This document shows, one piece after another, positions 14,511-29,514 of a DNA stretch of 64,000 nt; within the stretch, counting starts at the first letter, position 1, and each line of letters starts with the position of its first letter. Under the pieces are notes generated by a model. That model ran no database searches. It was not told the DNA's origin and worked only from the letters and a program-made list of their open reading frames with translations. This stretch comes from Octopus vulgaris (lineage: Eukaryota), in contig OX597843.1 of the NCBI GenBank assembly GCA_951406725.2, positions 19,034,001-19,098,000 on the forward strand, written 5' to 3'. The position numbers were made by a program, and so were the translations under genes.

Positions 14511-16011
14511 AGACCAAAACCGGAAGAAACTCGCATTTTTATTTCTATAGGTAGGCTCCACAGGCAAAAATGATTTTCCCTGCGTTGGGAACACACTTTC
14601 TTCCAAACTCACGATTGAACAATTAAACTGACCAATAGCTGCAACTAATTTGGCCAGCGACTGGGTCATGGGACTTGATGCTAAGAAAAGCTCTGGTTTG
14701 CCAAATATCTGGTATTTCAGGTTAAAACAGCCAAATTGACCAGATGTCTAATATTACAATTAGGTGAAAATGCTAAACAGTTCTGCTGCGTAACACACAG
14801 TGCTACACACACCTCAGCAACACGAAATGATAGCACGTGATGCAATAGTAACTGACTTAAAAGGATCAGATGTCAAATATTAACAGAGGTGGTGATGATG
14901 GTGATGGACATTAGCTTACCTCAGTTTATGAGAGACACAACTCACAGGTGGTGACAACGAAAATGAGGCTGGACCTTTAAGGGTATGCCTCTCGCCGCTC
15001 GGCAGCCGTTCAGTACAGATGTAGGCTGACTGTAGCTGTTATACTAAGACGTCCTCAGCAGATAAGGAGAAGGAAGCTGAGCAGCGGAGAGAATAGGATA
15101 GTGAGGCAGGGCTACTTATAAATGAACCGAAAAAGGGTTAGAGAAACGGATGTTAAGACTGTTTAGAGCAGGGCATGTTTAAAGTGACTGAGCAGAGAGT
15201 AGCAGACCAGGCTAAAGTTACTAAGAGAAGAAAAGGGATAATAGAATTGTCGGTGGAGTAGTAGTAGTAGTAGAAAAACAAAAAAAAACAAAAAAACTTA
15301 CGAAATACTATTGAAACCAAAAGAAAGCGTCATAATAGCAGCAGATGTGAAGAAGGGACAACTGGCATCATCGACTCAAGCGACGAAAGTGAAGAAAAGG
15401 GAAGAGTTTTAGATAAGTTGCAGGGATCAGTGAATAAAGAAAAGAAACATTTACCAGTATTAAAAGATGTAACCAGAATGAAATTGCAGGGATATTCCTA
15501 GGAAGGTAGATTCTGTTACCAATAGGATAGACACTGATAGTGTAGATGACACTAAATTATTGATGCATGCATGAAGGACAGATTTACTAGAAGAGTAGGT
15601 ATTCCTTAAGAAAATAATAAGAAGGAGCAGATGTGGCAAATGTGAGTAGAAGAAAAAGTGAAGATAAGATTTGGGTACAATAGAAACTTGGAAACAGGAC
15701 AGGTTAGGAGACACAGGATTTAAATCTCTTGAGAAAATATACTTAGTCAAAGCGAAAGGATTTGGGGTAAGAGATGGAAATCTTATCACAGCAATAGCAG
15801 GCAGGTTTTCCAGATATCAGAGAAAATAGACCAGTATCAGCAGAACAGATTCTTTGAGATAGACGAAAGGAGATTTTAAAATATTAATTTGTAACTCTTC
15901 AACCTAAAAATTCGCCCTCACAGGGCGAATTTCAAAAATCCAGAGAAGGAAACAACAAATTTCAAGGGAAATTTACACAGATCCTAACACGCAACTACCA
16001 TATCCAGGAAC

Positions 16012-17641
<1,630 letters not shown>

Positions 17642-17662
17642 TAATAATAATAATAATAATAA

Positions 17663-18630
17663 TGAAATCATACCACCTAATAAATATGAAGAAGAAGATG
17701 AAGTAACAACAAAACTTATAAGACAAATGAAATCCAAACTAAAAATAGAACAGCAACGAACCATGATAAAACGATGGCAAGAAAAGCCTCTTTGTGGTAA
17801 ATACTGGACTAAACTAAATGCAAAATAAATAGACAAAGAAAAATCCCAGCAATGGTTGAGAAACTCAGGACGCAAAGCCGAGACAGAGGGATTTTTAATT
17901 GCAGCACAAGACCAAAGCCTCCCCACCAGAAATTACCAAAAACATGTAATGAAAAGAAATATTACAAGTAACTGCAGAATGTGGAGATGGACAAGAAACA
18001 ATAAATCTTATTATCTCTGGCTGCCCAGTCCTGCCGAAGAAGGAATATATTCAGACATGACAGAGTTGGAACCTACATACACTGAAAGCTATGCCAACAT
18101 TATGGAATAACAACAGAAAAAAGATGGTATAGACACACACCAGAAAAGGTCACAGAAAACGAGAAAGCAACCATACTCTGGGATATGTCGATACACACAG
18201 ATAGAGAAATTAAGGCCAACAGACCAGATATAGTTGTCAGAGATCATGAAGGAAAAAAATGCGTTCTAATTGATGTATCAATACTGGCAGATGACAAAGT
18301 GTCTCTAAAAGAAATGGAGAAACTTTCAAAATACAAAGACCTGCAAATAGAGGTAACCAGAATGTGGAATCTAAAAACAGAAACAATTCCTATCATAGTA
18401 GGTGCATTAGGCATGATAAAAAATATTCAGACAAATACATAACAAAAACACCAGGACTTAAAACACATATAACATACAGAAAATTGCACTACTAGGCACT
18501 GCACACATCCTACGCAGAACACTTTCCATACAATAACCATCAGAGCATCACAACAAATCACAGCACATTCCCAAGGCACACAGAGCTGCGCTCGGTAGTG
18601 AAGACAAAGCACGATATAAAAATAAAACTA

Positions 18631-18634
<4 letters not shown>
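17663..18634 (+). mobile_element. Second, distinct R4/Dong-type 3' fragment in (TAA)n, frameshifted
   Basis: AETEGFLIAAQDQSLPTRNY, NRPDIVV..LIDVSI..KLSKY, PIIVGALG; same family as 62840-64000. Confidence 0.88.
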
Positions 18635-18685
<51 letters not shown>

Positions 18686-19098
18686 GGCGTAGGAGTGGCT
18701 GTGTGGTAAATAGCTTGCTAACCAACCACATGGTTCCGGGTTCAGTCCCACTGCGTGGCATCTTGGGCAAGTGTCTTCTGCTAGAGCCCCGGGCCGACCA
18801 ATGCCTTGTGAGTGGATTTGGTAGACGGAAACTGAAAGAAGCCTGTCGTATATATGTATATATATATATGTGTGTGTTTGTGTGTCTGTGTTTGACCCCC
18901 TAGCATCGCTTGACAACCGATGCTGGTGTGTTTACGTCCCCGTCACTTAGCGGTTCAGCAAAAAAGAGACCGATAGAATAAGTACAGGGCTTACAAAGAA
19001 TAAGTCCCGGGGTCGAGTTGCTCGATTAAAGGCGGTGCTCCAGCATGGCCGCAGTCAAATGACTGAAACAAGTAAAAGACAAAGAGAAAGAGAAAGAG
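18686..19098 (+). mobile_element. tRNA-derived SINE
   Basis: Full copy from GGCGTAGGAGTGGCTGTGTGG to the GTAAAAGA tail. Confidence 0.92.
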
Positions 19099-19110
19099 AA
19101 TAATAATAAT

Positions 19111-19668
19111 CATGCCCTGATGCAGTACCAGGCAGTGGCTCTCATGGCTTCTGATCTTAACCGATCGGAAGTGTCATCATGTACATCGTTTTGTCTTGGT
19201 ATAAAAGATGGGCTACAGCAAATATTCTGCTCAATACCACAGATTTGCTTGTCAGTTGTTTGACCTTAACCAGTTGACCATGTCCCTTATTGGGTGACGA
19301 TATGTGCATCTCTGATCACGAGCAGAAGTACTGGGGGAGCATCATAACCATGTATTGAGAGGAATTCTTTGGGGTTTGAATAATTCACCTCTGGAAACAT
19401 GGGTGTTTCGTTCAACATCCTTAAACAACCCTTATTCAGGGACCTTTTGAGCGGGATGGGTTACTCGACCAGAAGAAAATTCTAACTGGGCGCCACCTGC
19501 AAGTTCATGTGCTGTTTACCTTGATATGAGATTACCATGTCGTGCACATATGGTTGTGATGCATGTGCCTGGTGTACCCTTATCACACGGGTAGTCATGA
19601 TGGGTATACAGGGCTTCGTATATTTGACCCCAGTAACACTTTGATGGCATGTGTTACACTCTCACTCA
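19111..19668. mobile_element. Non-coding ~560-bp insertion flanked by (AAT)n; possible non-autonomous or UTR part of a (TAA)n-targeting element
   Basis: Complex sequence bounded on both sides by AAT repeats, like the adjacent Dong-type copies; no convincing ORF. Confidence 0.4.
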
Positions 19669-19681
19669 AAAATAATAATAA

Positions 19682-19715
<34 letters not shown>

Positions 19716-19716
19716 T

Positions 19717-19778
<62 letters not shown>

Positions 19779-19911
19779 CGTAGTAGTAATAGTTGATATG
19801 AAGTGAAAAATGTAGTGATGGAGTTGATCGTGAGTTGGTCAGCTGCAACAAGTTCTTGAATAGAAGGAAGATTAATTTGATGTAAAGCGAAAACATCACA
19901 ATTATATATAT

Positions 19912-19964
<53 letters not shown>

Positions 19965-20139
19965 ATTGAAGTTTTCTATATGCGTGTGATGGTGTGTTTC
20001 AAAAATTTTATGTACTTCAATATTTCTACATCTTTCATCATATATACTCACCCATATATACACACACATACATATATACACATACATACATATATACACA
20101 TACATACACTTACATTATATACACACACACAAAAAAAAT

Positions 20140-22170
20140 GACATAAGAATACCGTACGGGTAAGTTTTGCTCAAGACGGTGCAGTGTGGCTAGGGGTGTC
20201 TTGGCTCTTATTTCTAAAGAACGAGTGCTGCTGGAAAGGTTCCCTTCAAAACAAGTAGTCACCCACATGTAATAATTTTCCAAAAAGTGAAACTAGGGTT
20301 GGGGGTAAAATTTCCGAGGCTTCCACACCCCCGCTCCCTTTTCCGAACCACCAAAATAAGGGTTTGCAGGAATGTAGGAAGTCAGGGGAGCTGGAAAAAT
20401 CTGGGTGTTTTGGGGTGTAGGGGAACGTGGGGTGAACTTATAAATATTTACTAAAAGAAGGTCAACCTACAGTTGCGGCCAAAATGTTCAGAACGGCATT
20501 GTTTTCGTCAGAAAAGTAGATATAAATTTTTATCAAAGTTGTTTTATATTCCATACTTTTCACAGACAATAAATACAATATTAATTGTTATTGTCAGAGA
20601 TTTTGGTGTAATTTGAGAGGATAATACAAAAGTTATGGATGATTTAGTGATTTACTGCAAAACCCATGGCGGCCAAAATGATCAGAACGGTTGAAAAAAT
20701 AACAAAATAATCAAAAATGACAGAGAATACTGGAATTATTTAATATTTAGTGTGAAGCCCTTTAGCTTCAATCACACTCTGACATCTTCGACTGCATGAG
20801 GAAATTAAATTTTCAATTTCTTGCTGGGTGATCTTATTCCATTCTTCCTGAAGGGCATCCCATATTTGCTCGGTTGTTTTAGGATTTCTGGCTTTCGAAC
20901 GTTCTCCTAGAATATTCCACACATTTTCAATAGGATTGAGATTTGGGCTTTGAGCTGGCCAATCCATAACAATAACCTTTTCAGCCTTGAGGAAGTTCAT
21001 GACCACCTTAGCCTTGTGACATGGGGCATTGTCCTGCATGAATATAGGTAGTCGCTTAGTTGAATTTCTCAGCACAGGCAAGACATGATCTTTTACAAGT
21101 TGTTTATAAACTCCTGCATTTACCTTTCCATGTAATCGCACCAAAGGGCCCACACCATCTCCAGATATCATTCCCCAAACCATGACACTTCCTCCACCGA
21201 ATTTAACACTAGTCTTAAAGCATTTAAGCAACAATTTTTCACCTGCTTTTCTACGAACGTACCTTTTCCCATCTGAGCCAAATAACATAGACTTAGATTC
21301 ATCACTGAATTGCACCATTTGCCATTTTTCTTGAGACCGCAACACATGTTCGGTTGCAAAGGTAAGACGACACTTTTTATTCTTGGAGCTGATTAGTGGC
21401 TTCACTGCAGGTGCTCTTGCTTGTTCAACTAAACGATGAGACAGTTTTTCGAGATAAAGTTTTCTTCAATACAATGCTCATTTTCCGAGAAACAGCAGCA
21501 GCTGTTTTAAATCTGTCCTTTTTAACCAACTTTACCATAGCACGATCTTCTCTCTTGGTCGTTTTTCTTGGCCTACCTGTAAACTTTCTTGCTTCACACG
21601 AACCACAATCATCGTAGACCTTAAGAATACCGTGAACAACACTTTTTGACTTGTTAACAATCTTTGCAATAGACCCAATACTTAAATTATCCTTCCTTCG
21701 AAGTTTAATAATCTGCTGACGAATTGGTAACGGAGTAAGTGGCATTATATTAACAAAGTACACTGCAAATATTCTTACTAGTGTTTAGTAAACGAACCGT
21801 CAGGTAAACAAATTCAAAACATTAGAGTTCGCCGGTTAAATATACTAAAACACGGAGTAAAAGCAACCGTTCTGATCATTTTGGCCGGCATGGGTTTTGC
21901 AGTAAATCACTAAATCATCCATAACTTTTGTATTATCCTCTCAAATTACATCAAAATCTCAGGCAATAACAAATAATATCGTATTTATTGTCTGTGAAAA
22001 ATTATAGAATATAAAACAACTTTGATAAAAAATTATATCTACTTTTCTGACGAAAACAATGCCGTTCTGAACATTTTGGCCGCAACTGTGTATTAATAGG
22101 AAACGTAGATTGCCGTGCGACCCATAAACCTCGAAAGTTAGACCGTCCAAAGGACGGGTGCGTTTGCTAG
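20140..22170 (+). mobile_element. Probable non-autonomous Helitron interrupted by the Tc1 element
   Basis: 3' hairpin CCGTCC-AAA-GGACGG (22143-22157) followed 9 nt later by CTAG (22167-22170) then T; 5' end not defined. Confidence 0.5.
20470..22088 (-). mobile_element. Tc1-family (DD34E) transposon with long IR/DR terminal repeats
   Basis: ~220-bp TIRs CAGTTGCGGCCAAAATG (20470-20691 and 21864-22088), each with inner and outer GGCCAAAATG.TCAGAACGG repeats; left TA; transposase HTH/GRPRKT (21763-21425) plus FSDESK, QDNAPCH, SPNLNPIENVW (21405-20740); one frameshift. Confidence 0.95.
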
Positions 22171-22401
22171 TATATATATATATAAAGAGAGAGAGGGAGA
22201 GAGAGGTAGATAGATATTTATGTATATATTGCATGTTCTTTCATTCTTGCTTTTACTCTTGTCTACGTTTCTTTCGGTGTTCTTGTTTTCTTATCCATTT
22301 CATTATTATCCTGTGTGTCACCATGGAAATTCGCTTCTTTCGATGTAGGTACATTTTCATTTGTTCATTTACGTTCGTACTTCGTTCTCTTTGTTTTTCA
22401 G

Positions 22402-22614
22402 GAAAAGTTTTAGTAAAATCAAATCATCAAAGCATATTCGATAAGAAATTTAGTATCAGCGCTTCTAAACCCAGGGTGCAGGCAAAATCATTCATTACAA
22501 TAGAGTTGCTTGTGGGGGACGGCCATAGCATGTAGCGGCTCAACCGTGTCTAGGCACGACGTGTTTAGGATTCACCAGATTTATGATTTATTAGTTTTAT
22601 AGTGGAACCACCAA
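22402..22614 (+). other. Possible 5' UTR exon of the LRR gene
   Basis: Pyrimidine tract + CAG at 22399-22401; donor AA/GTAAGT at 22615; next acceptor at 22849. Confidence 0.35.
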
Positions 22615-22869
22615 GTAAGTGTGTGTGTGTGTGTATGCATTTGTATGTATTTGTGTGTATGTGTTTGTGAACAGTAATCAGTAATACATTTCTTCACACT
22701 AATTTTTCGAAATTTATATTTTTACTTGAAGTGTCCAATTATGACAATAAAGATATATTTGTTATGTGGAACGGGTGAATTTTAATTCCTTCCAAAAACA
22801 TGTTAATAACATTGAAGTCTGGTATTTTTTCTATATTCTTCTTTGACAGATTAATCTGCGCCTGAAAAT

Positions 22870-23057
22870 ATGTTTCCCCGCGTAGTATCATATGTGCAAA
22901 CGTTTGTATTGATACTGTGTTCGATATTGGTTTTGGAGGCTCAAGCTGTTTCATATATATGCAAGATATGTACTTGCTACGGACCTACAAAGGTATATTG
23001 TAAATATCGCCAATTAACATCAGTCCCACAACCGATTCCGATGGATATTGAATTGTT
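22870..23057 (+). CDS. LRR gene first coding exon: signal peptide + LRRNT cap
   Basis: MFPRVVSYVQTFVLILCSILVLEAQA-VSYICKICTCYGPTKVYCKYRQLTSVPQPIPMDIEL(L); acceptor CAG ending 22849, donor TT/GTAAGT (phase 2). Confidence 0.9.
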
Positions 23058-23488
23058 GTAAGTATTTGACGCGTATTTTCCATTTGAAATGTTTAAAATT
23101 CTCATCGATTATGTCCTCAGCGAAACACAAATGTTGTTGATCTCGCAGCTTTAAACACAATGTTATGCAGAGCAGATCCATATGTTACCTGCACTGCAGT
23201 CAAATAAACTGTTTGTTATTATATTGAATTTATTACATCGCATACACACTAATAGGATATGGCTAGTATCTGACCTTTGATGTTATTTGTCTGACCTCAT
23301 CAAATCTTGCAGAATATTCAACGAACGGACAGTCTGAAAACCTCTGTGCTAACAATACATGTGTATTTCACAGAATTATATGATTTCACTAATTAGTTGA
23401 ACTGTCGTTTAATATGATATATTATCCGTTGATCACGTTACAGAATAGTCGTTAAACATTGTTTGTATTAGTTTTTTTAATTAAAAAT

Positions 23489-23700
23489 GCAGCGAGCTGC
23501 CAGAATCGTTGTGCACGCTGGGCAAAATGTTAAGCGGTATTTCGTTCGTCTTTACGTTCCGAGTTTAAATTCTGCCACAGTCGAATTTGCTTTCATTTTT
23601 TCGTTGTCAATTAATTAAGTACCAGTTGAATACTGGGTTCGATGCAATCAACTATACCTCTCCCCAATATTTCGCGCCTTACGCCTTTGGTAGAAAGGGG
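23489..23700 (+). mobile_element. Degenerate SINE with Meta-like central domain
   Basis: GCAGCGAGCTG.CAGAATCGTT head; GTCGAATTTGCTTTCAT..TTAAGTACCAG core; related fragment at 27390-27556. Confidence 0.6.
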
Positions 23701-24179
23701 TGTAATTAATATTATAATCTTCTTCTTCTTCTTCTTCTTCTTCTTCTTCTTCTTCTTCTTCTTCTTCTTCTTCTTCTTCTTCTTCTTCTTCTTCTAGTTT
23801 TGCTGCTGCTGCTACTACTACTACTACTACTACTACTAATAATAATAATAATAATAATAATGATAATAATAATATTACTACTACTTCTACTAGATATGCT
23901 AATTTGTTATCTCATTCATCTGAATTGGGATCGGAGTCTTCTTCGTCCATTTCTTCGTTGTTATACTTCTTTTCTCTAATGTAATTCTTAAGACTAAATT
24001 TTAACAATCTATAATATTTATCTGAATTAGAATTTAGCAAAACTCTTTCATGCCACACACAGTATCAGTATTATCCTCCAAGGATAAATATTAATACTTA
24101 ATGTCCTCAAATCTTACTCTTCTTCCCACTTTATCCTTCTCTAATTCATTGTCTATCTCTCAGTGTTTGTAGCAATCTA

Positions 24180-24735
24180 TTGGGTTGTCCAGATATTTCG
24201 TGCCGATTTATAGTAGCTTACCTTTCGACTTATTTTAGAACATGGCTGAGTCCATAACATAGGATTTGACTACGCCTCTATTTAAAGCAGAGTTTAAGCT
24301 ATCTTTTCGTTGAAGAAGGTTTATGTTCCTATAACCTGTGTTAATTCTGTAACCCTTTAAAATGGAAGATAAGAAAATTCATTTTCGGTACTTGATGCTT
24401 TGGGAACCAGACAAAAATGGCTGCAGCTCGGCTGGGATGTGTTACCCTACTCTCCATATTCACCAGATATTGCTCCTTCGGGTTTCCATTTATTCAGGTA
24501 TCTGTAGAATAGTCTTAATGCTAGAAATTTCGATTCCTTGAATGACGTAAAAAGATACCTTGATGAATTCCTTCCCATGAAGCCTGGGAAGAGGGTATTT
24601 TCAAGTTAAAAGGAAGATGGAGACGCATTGTGCAACAAAATGGTTCGTATTTGGTTGATTAAAAATGTAATGACAAGTATTTATTGACCTTTTTCTTTCC
24701 TTTAAAAATTGGCACGAACTTTCCGGACAACCCAA
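24180..24735 (+). mobile_element. Internally deleted mariner element with TIRs and TA duplication
   Basis: TA-TTGGGTTGTCCAGATATTTCGTGCCGATTT ... AAATTGGCACGAACTTTCCGGACAACCCAA-TA; remnant LGWDVLPYSPYSPDIAPS.FHLFR. Confidence 0.88.
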
Positions 24736-25333
24736 TATTTGAGAGTGTTTAAATGTATATCTACGAAGCTATGTGTGGGCGTATCAACATCAGTAATTGA
24801 TATCCTAGACGAAACTGTGTATACGTGCATATGTGTGCATGTGTGATTGTACGATTTATTCTTTACATGGATTTTCTCCTTCTTTTCCTCATTCCCATTT
24901 CCGTTGTTATTTTCATTTTCCTCCTTTCATTATGTGTTTTCTTCCTGCATCTTCCATTTTCTTCTTCATTCTTCATCCTAATCTTCTTCTCTTTCTTCTC
25001 TTTCTTCTCTAATTTTTTCAACTGCCTTTTCCATTTCTAATGCATCATTTTCCTTTCATCGTATTCTACTCGCCGCTCTTCTATAGATTTATGCGTTATA
25101 TCACTTATTCCACTCAATTTCTCATTGTCTGTCGCCTTTTTATTTTACGCTCCCTCCTCTTCATCTTCTCCTCAACTCCTCCATCGCCTCTTATCCACCC
25201 CTCCTCCTCCTCCTCACTATTATCATCACTCATTTCTTTCATAGTCTATTTTGATTTTAAGACACAAATTTTAATGCTTTAACAGGAACCTTTTCTAAAC
25301 TATTTCCTTTATAATCTTTTTTTATTTCTACAG

Positions 25334-25405
25334 AAGCTTGGAGTATAATAACATCGAGAAAATCGAACGTGGTGTCTTCAATAACCTCGACTATTTAGAG
25401 AAACT
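25334..25405 (+). CDS. LRR exon A (SLEYNNIEKIERGVFNNLDYLEKL)
   Basis: 72 nt, CAG/..CT/GTAAG, phase 2-2, typical 24-aa LRR. Confidence 0.93.
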
Positions 25406-25771
25406 GTAAGTTCAATTTTTGTTGATATTTTCTTAACGTAATATCACTAGAAATTTCATGTCTTCTCTTTCTTACTCTCTCTCTCTCTCTCTCCGCTTTC
25501 CTAATTCATATTTTGTCATTATATTTCCCTTTGTGCGTGTATGAAGACGTGTACGATTGTATGTGATTGTGTGTGATATAATAAATATTGTTTGCATTGG
25601 AATATGATTTTATGTGAACATGTATGATGTATCTGTGTGTGTGGTGTGTACGTTCGTGTCTGTGTGAGTAAAAAAAATCATATTTACTTACAGAAAATCA
25701 TGCTATTAAAAAATTGTTTTATACTGTTTTGAAAACATTCTCTCACCCTAATGAAACACTTTACTCATATG

Positions 25772-25815
<44 letters not shown>

Positions 25816-26089
25816 GAAAGACAAAATTTGAGCGATATACTTACATTGAGAGTTACTTCCCTTAGGGATTGTAACTTTTATTAATATTTATGAAAGACTT
25901 ATTCTTTGCGACCCAGAATTCAAAAGGTAATATTTCAGAACTTTTCTGGGTTAAACACGCATACACAGCCACCACATACACTCACATTTACACACGCACA
26001 TACACACGTACATACACGCACACAAACGCATACACATACACACACACTCTCACAAATATATCGGTGCAGATGTTTTTGTTGTAAGAAGG

Positions 26090-26445
26090 TTGTTATAAAC
26101 TATATGGCTCATGTCTCAGTGCCACTCGGAGGGACCATTTTCACGTGACTTTCCTTTTGCTTCGGGTCGACCAATACATTTTGAGTGGGTTTTGTAGACG
26201 GAAATTGAATAAAGTTTGTCGTATGATGCGTGTATATACATATATGCGTGACTGTGTCTCTTTATGATCCAACCACTTTTTAACAGACAGTGCTTTAGTG
26301 TCATTTAACCGTTCGCTAAAAGTGACCAATAGATTAAGTAACAAGCCTACAAAAATGCGTACAAGATTTGATACACTCGACTAATATCCTTCAAGATAAT
26401 GTTCTAGCATAGCGGAGGAGTAATGAGTGAAATAAGTAAAGGAGA
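26090..26445 (+). mobile_element. Old degenerate SINE in the post-A intron, duplicated with the gene block
   Basis: TTTCCTTTT.C.TCGGGTC.ACCAA..GTAGACGGAAA.TGAA..GTCGTATGAT at 26150, 50030 and 62530. Confidence 0.7.
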
Positions 26446-26850
26446 AGGATATTCATATATAACATGTATCAGTGTAACACGTGTCAGTGAAATGACAGCA
26501 TGATCTAACGTAGGACTTATTCAAATATTCAACCGAAAAAGCATATTTTACACCTTTGCTTGATTGTATTGCACCGTACGTTAATTATCTCATCTCATCA
26601 ATACTTAGTGGGTATTCTTAATCTTCTTTTCTTCTTCGTCTTTTTCATCTTCTTCTTTTTCTTTTTGTTCTTTTTGTCCTTCTTCTTCTTCTTCTTCTTC
26701 TTCTTCTTCTTCTTCTTCTTCTTCTTCTTCTTCCTGTTCCTGTTTTGTCATGTGTCTTGTTATCGTCCGTTTCATTTTAGACACCCATTATTCAATATGT
26801 GATCAAAAATCTTTTCATAACAACTGTTATCCGGTTCTTTATTTCTGCAG

Positions 26851-26922
26851 ATATTTAAACGGAAATAATATTTCGAGCATTGAAGAAGGAAGTTTCCAGG
26901 GTCTTCCTAGATTACAGCTATT
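26851..26922 (+). CDS. LRR exon B (YLNGNNISSIEEGSFQGLPRLQLL)
   Basis: 72 nt, CAG/..TT/GTAAGT, phase 2-2. Confidence 0.93.
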
Positions 26923-27616
26923 GTAAGTCCGTTCGTTTTTTGTTGATACTGTATTATGAATCTTATTGTTTCATACCATTACTCTCCTCTCGTCTCTCTT
27001 TTTATTGCTCTAACTTATATTCTCTCCCTATATTGGTTCAATATCTGTTTCAGTTATTTTTCTGTTACAGCATGTAGATGGAATGTGGGAAAATGTAAAT
27101 ACTTAGAATATAGTCACATATTTCTTTGTCTTTCAAAATGATACCAGCGTCGTTCACTGGTAATCTGCGTCAATTTCCAACATACTCTTCCGCTGATGAT
27201 ATATTTATAAATATTTAATGGGCTCTTATTTTCCTTCTCTCGCCTCCTCCCCTTGAAACTAATATTCTCTCTTATCGTATTTGCACTTGAATGTCATTGA
27301 ATGTGGGGAAATGAGCGTAAATATGGGTGTAACTGCACAATACTCTATGCATAAGTGGATGTGTGTATGACTGTATATGCTTATATGCGCAAGACTTCGT
27401 CTCCCGACATTCTAAGATCAATCTCCGCCGAGATGGCTTTGCCTTTCGCCCTTCCAGGGTCGATAAAATAAATACCAGCTGAAAACTTGGGTTGTTGTAA
27501 TCGACACATTCCCTCTACCCAAATGGTTGCAGTTGTGGAACAATTTGAAACAGTTATCATATCTCTTTGCAAATAGTTTGTATATCAATATTTATTGTAT
27601 TTCGTGTCTATTATAG

Positions 27617-27688
27617 ATCTATTCATAGAAATAATATTCCGCATATACAAAAAGGGATATTCCAAGATCTTCCGAGTTTAAAGGAATT
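27617..27688 (+). CDS. LRR exon C (SIHRNNIPHIQKGIFQDLPSLKEL)
   Basis: 72 nt, TAG/..TT/GTAAGT, phase 2-2. Confidence 0.92.
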
Positions 27689-28078
27689 GTAAGTCAATTT
27701 ATTTTTCTTAATACAACTTTATGAAAATAATATTGCTATAAATTTATTGTCATTTCGTTTCTGTTTCATGCCCTATTCTTTGGACTTTTACTCATTTTTT
27801 CTCCATATATTTGAGTTATGTTGCTTTGTTTGTGTATGAGGAAGAGTACAACTGGGATTTTACATGTTTGCATGAAAGCATATTAATAGAAATTTTGTAT
27901 GTATATGTTCATATGTATATATATGAATTAGGCAAATCGAACAGGGAAAAACATAAACCAAAAAATAAAAATAAAAATAATTAATATATTATACAAAATA
28001 TATAAAATTTTAAAATTTAAATTATTTAAATTTAAAATTATTAATTTATATTTATAAATTTTTATAATTTTTTTTTAC

Positions 28079-28127
<49 letters not shown>

Positions 28128-29347
28128 AAATATTCTATATAAATACTGATTGTTATGTAATGATTCAGTTATCAAAGTTAAGTATATAATTACTAGATTT
28201 TAACTCTACGTTTATTTCTAAGACTTTATTTAGCCAAATAGATATATAGATCGTTAATAGTAATACGATTTTTTTTAAAGTTAGGTTTCATGTCTATACA
28301 TTTATTGATAGCATAAATATTAGTCTTTAATCACTATATTTGTTGATAGTTATTTAGTTATTATTTTTAAATATTTTATAATTATTAGATTTGTACTTAA
28401 ATCTAATATATGAATAACGATTTTTAGTTAAATAATTTGGTAATTAACTTTTTGAACTATAACTGAGTTAAGGATATTTGTGAGTTTATCATGTTTTTAA
28501 AGCTATTTTATATATTCATAAATATCTCTAATTATGACTTTGTTCTATTATAGTTTATATATAGCTATTTTCAATTGATAATTTGTAGTAGTATTTTTCA
28601 TTGATAAATATATTCGTAGTAATTATTGGATACTATATAACTACTTGATAATTTCATTGTATAAGTATTTAGTTGTTGAAGACATTAGTTCATTATTAGT
28701 TCATAACTATACGGGTTTTGTAAGTTATTAATTAGCCAACGAGTTATATGGATGGTTAAATACTTATAGGGTTCTTTTAAGATTGTTTATTTGTTTAAAA
28801 TCTGCTTTTTCATCTTTAATCTTTTCATTTTTAATATATTTCATAAGTAATAATGAATAATTAATTTATTTAGTTTTTATTATAGGTATATATATTTATT
28901 GATAGAGATAATTTTAGATCTTAATTCTTATATTTATATATATATTTATATATTTATATATATTTATTGATAATTTAGTTATTATTCAAATATTTTGTAA
29001 TTATTTGATTTGAACTTGTATTTAATAATATAAATAGTGATTATTTTTTTGATTATTTTTTTGTTAAATAATTAGGTAATTAGATATTGACTATAACTGA
29101 GATTAGGTTATTCTTGAGTTTATTATATTTTTTAAAGCCGTATTATATCTGAATAGATAAACACATTTTCTATGTATTATTACCCTAAAAATTAATATTC
29201 AACATTATAATTGGATTGCATGACATAACCTTAATCCTTAAAGTTTCTAGTTTGATAATAGAGTTTTTTATAAGAAAAATTATTATTTTATTTATTTATT
29301 AAAAAATATTGTTTAAATATATTTGCTTATTTATTTAACTATTATCA

Positions 29348-29446
29348 TTAACCTGAAGATTGTCTATGACCATAGTTCGAAATATTAATTGAATTAAAAT
29401 TATTGTAATTCGAATTAGGTAATGGGCATGAAACGTACGTAGTGGT
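29348..29446 (+). ncRNA. Degenerate type I hammerhead-like motif with extended stem II
   Basis: CTGAAGA-T-TGTCTATGACC..GGTAATGGGCA-T-GAAA-CGTACG-TA; palindromic ACGTACGT stem III; weak stem I. Confidence 0.5.
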
Positions 29447-29514
29447 TTAACTTTTTATCTTATATTAAATATTTTAATATTTTTTGATAGTTATATTTAA
29501 AAAAAATATATATA

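Noticed and set aside
12019-14554. Overlapping alternative-frame ORFs within the LTR pol and LINE ORF2 regions
   Set aside because: Shadow ORFs of GC-rich coding sequence with no recognisable motifs.
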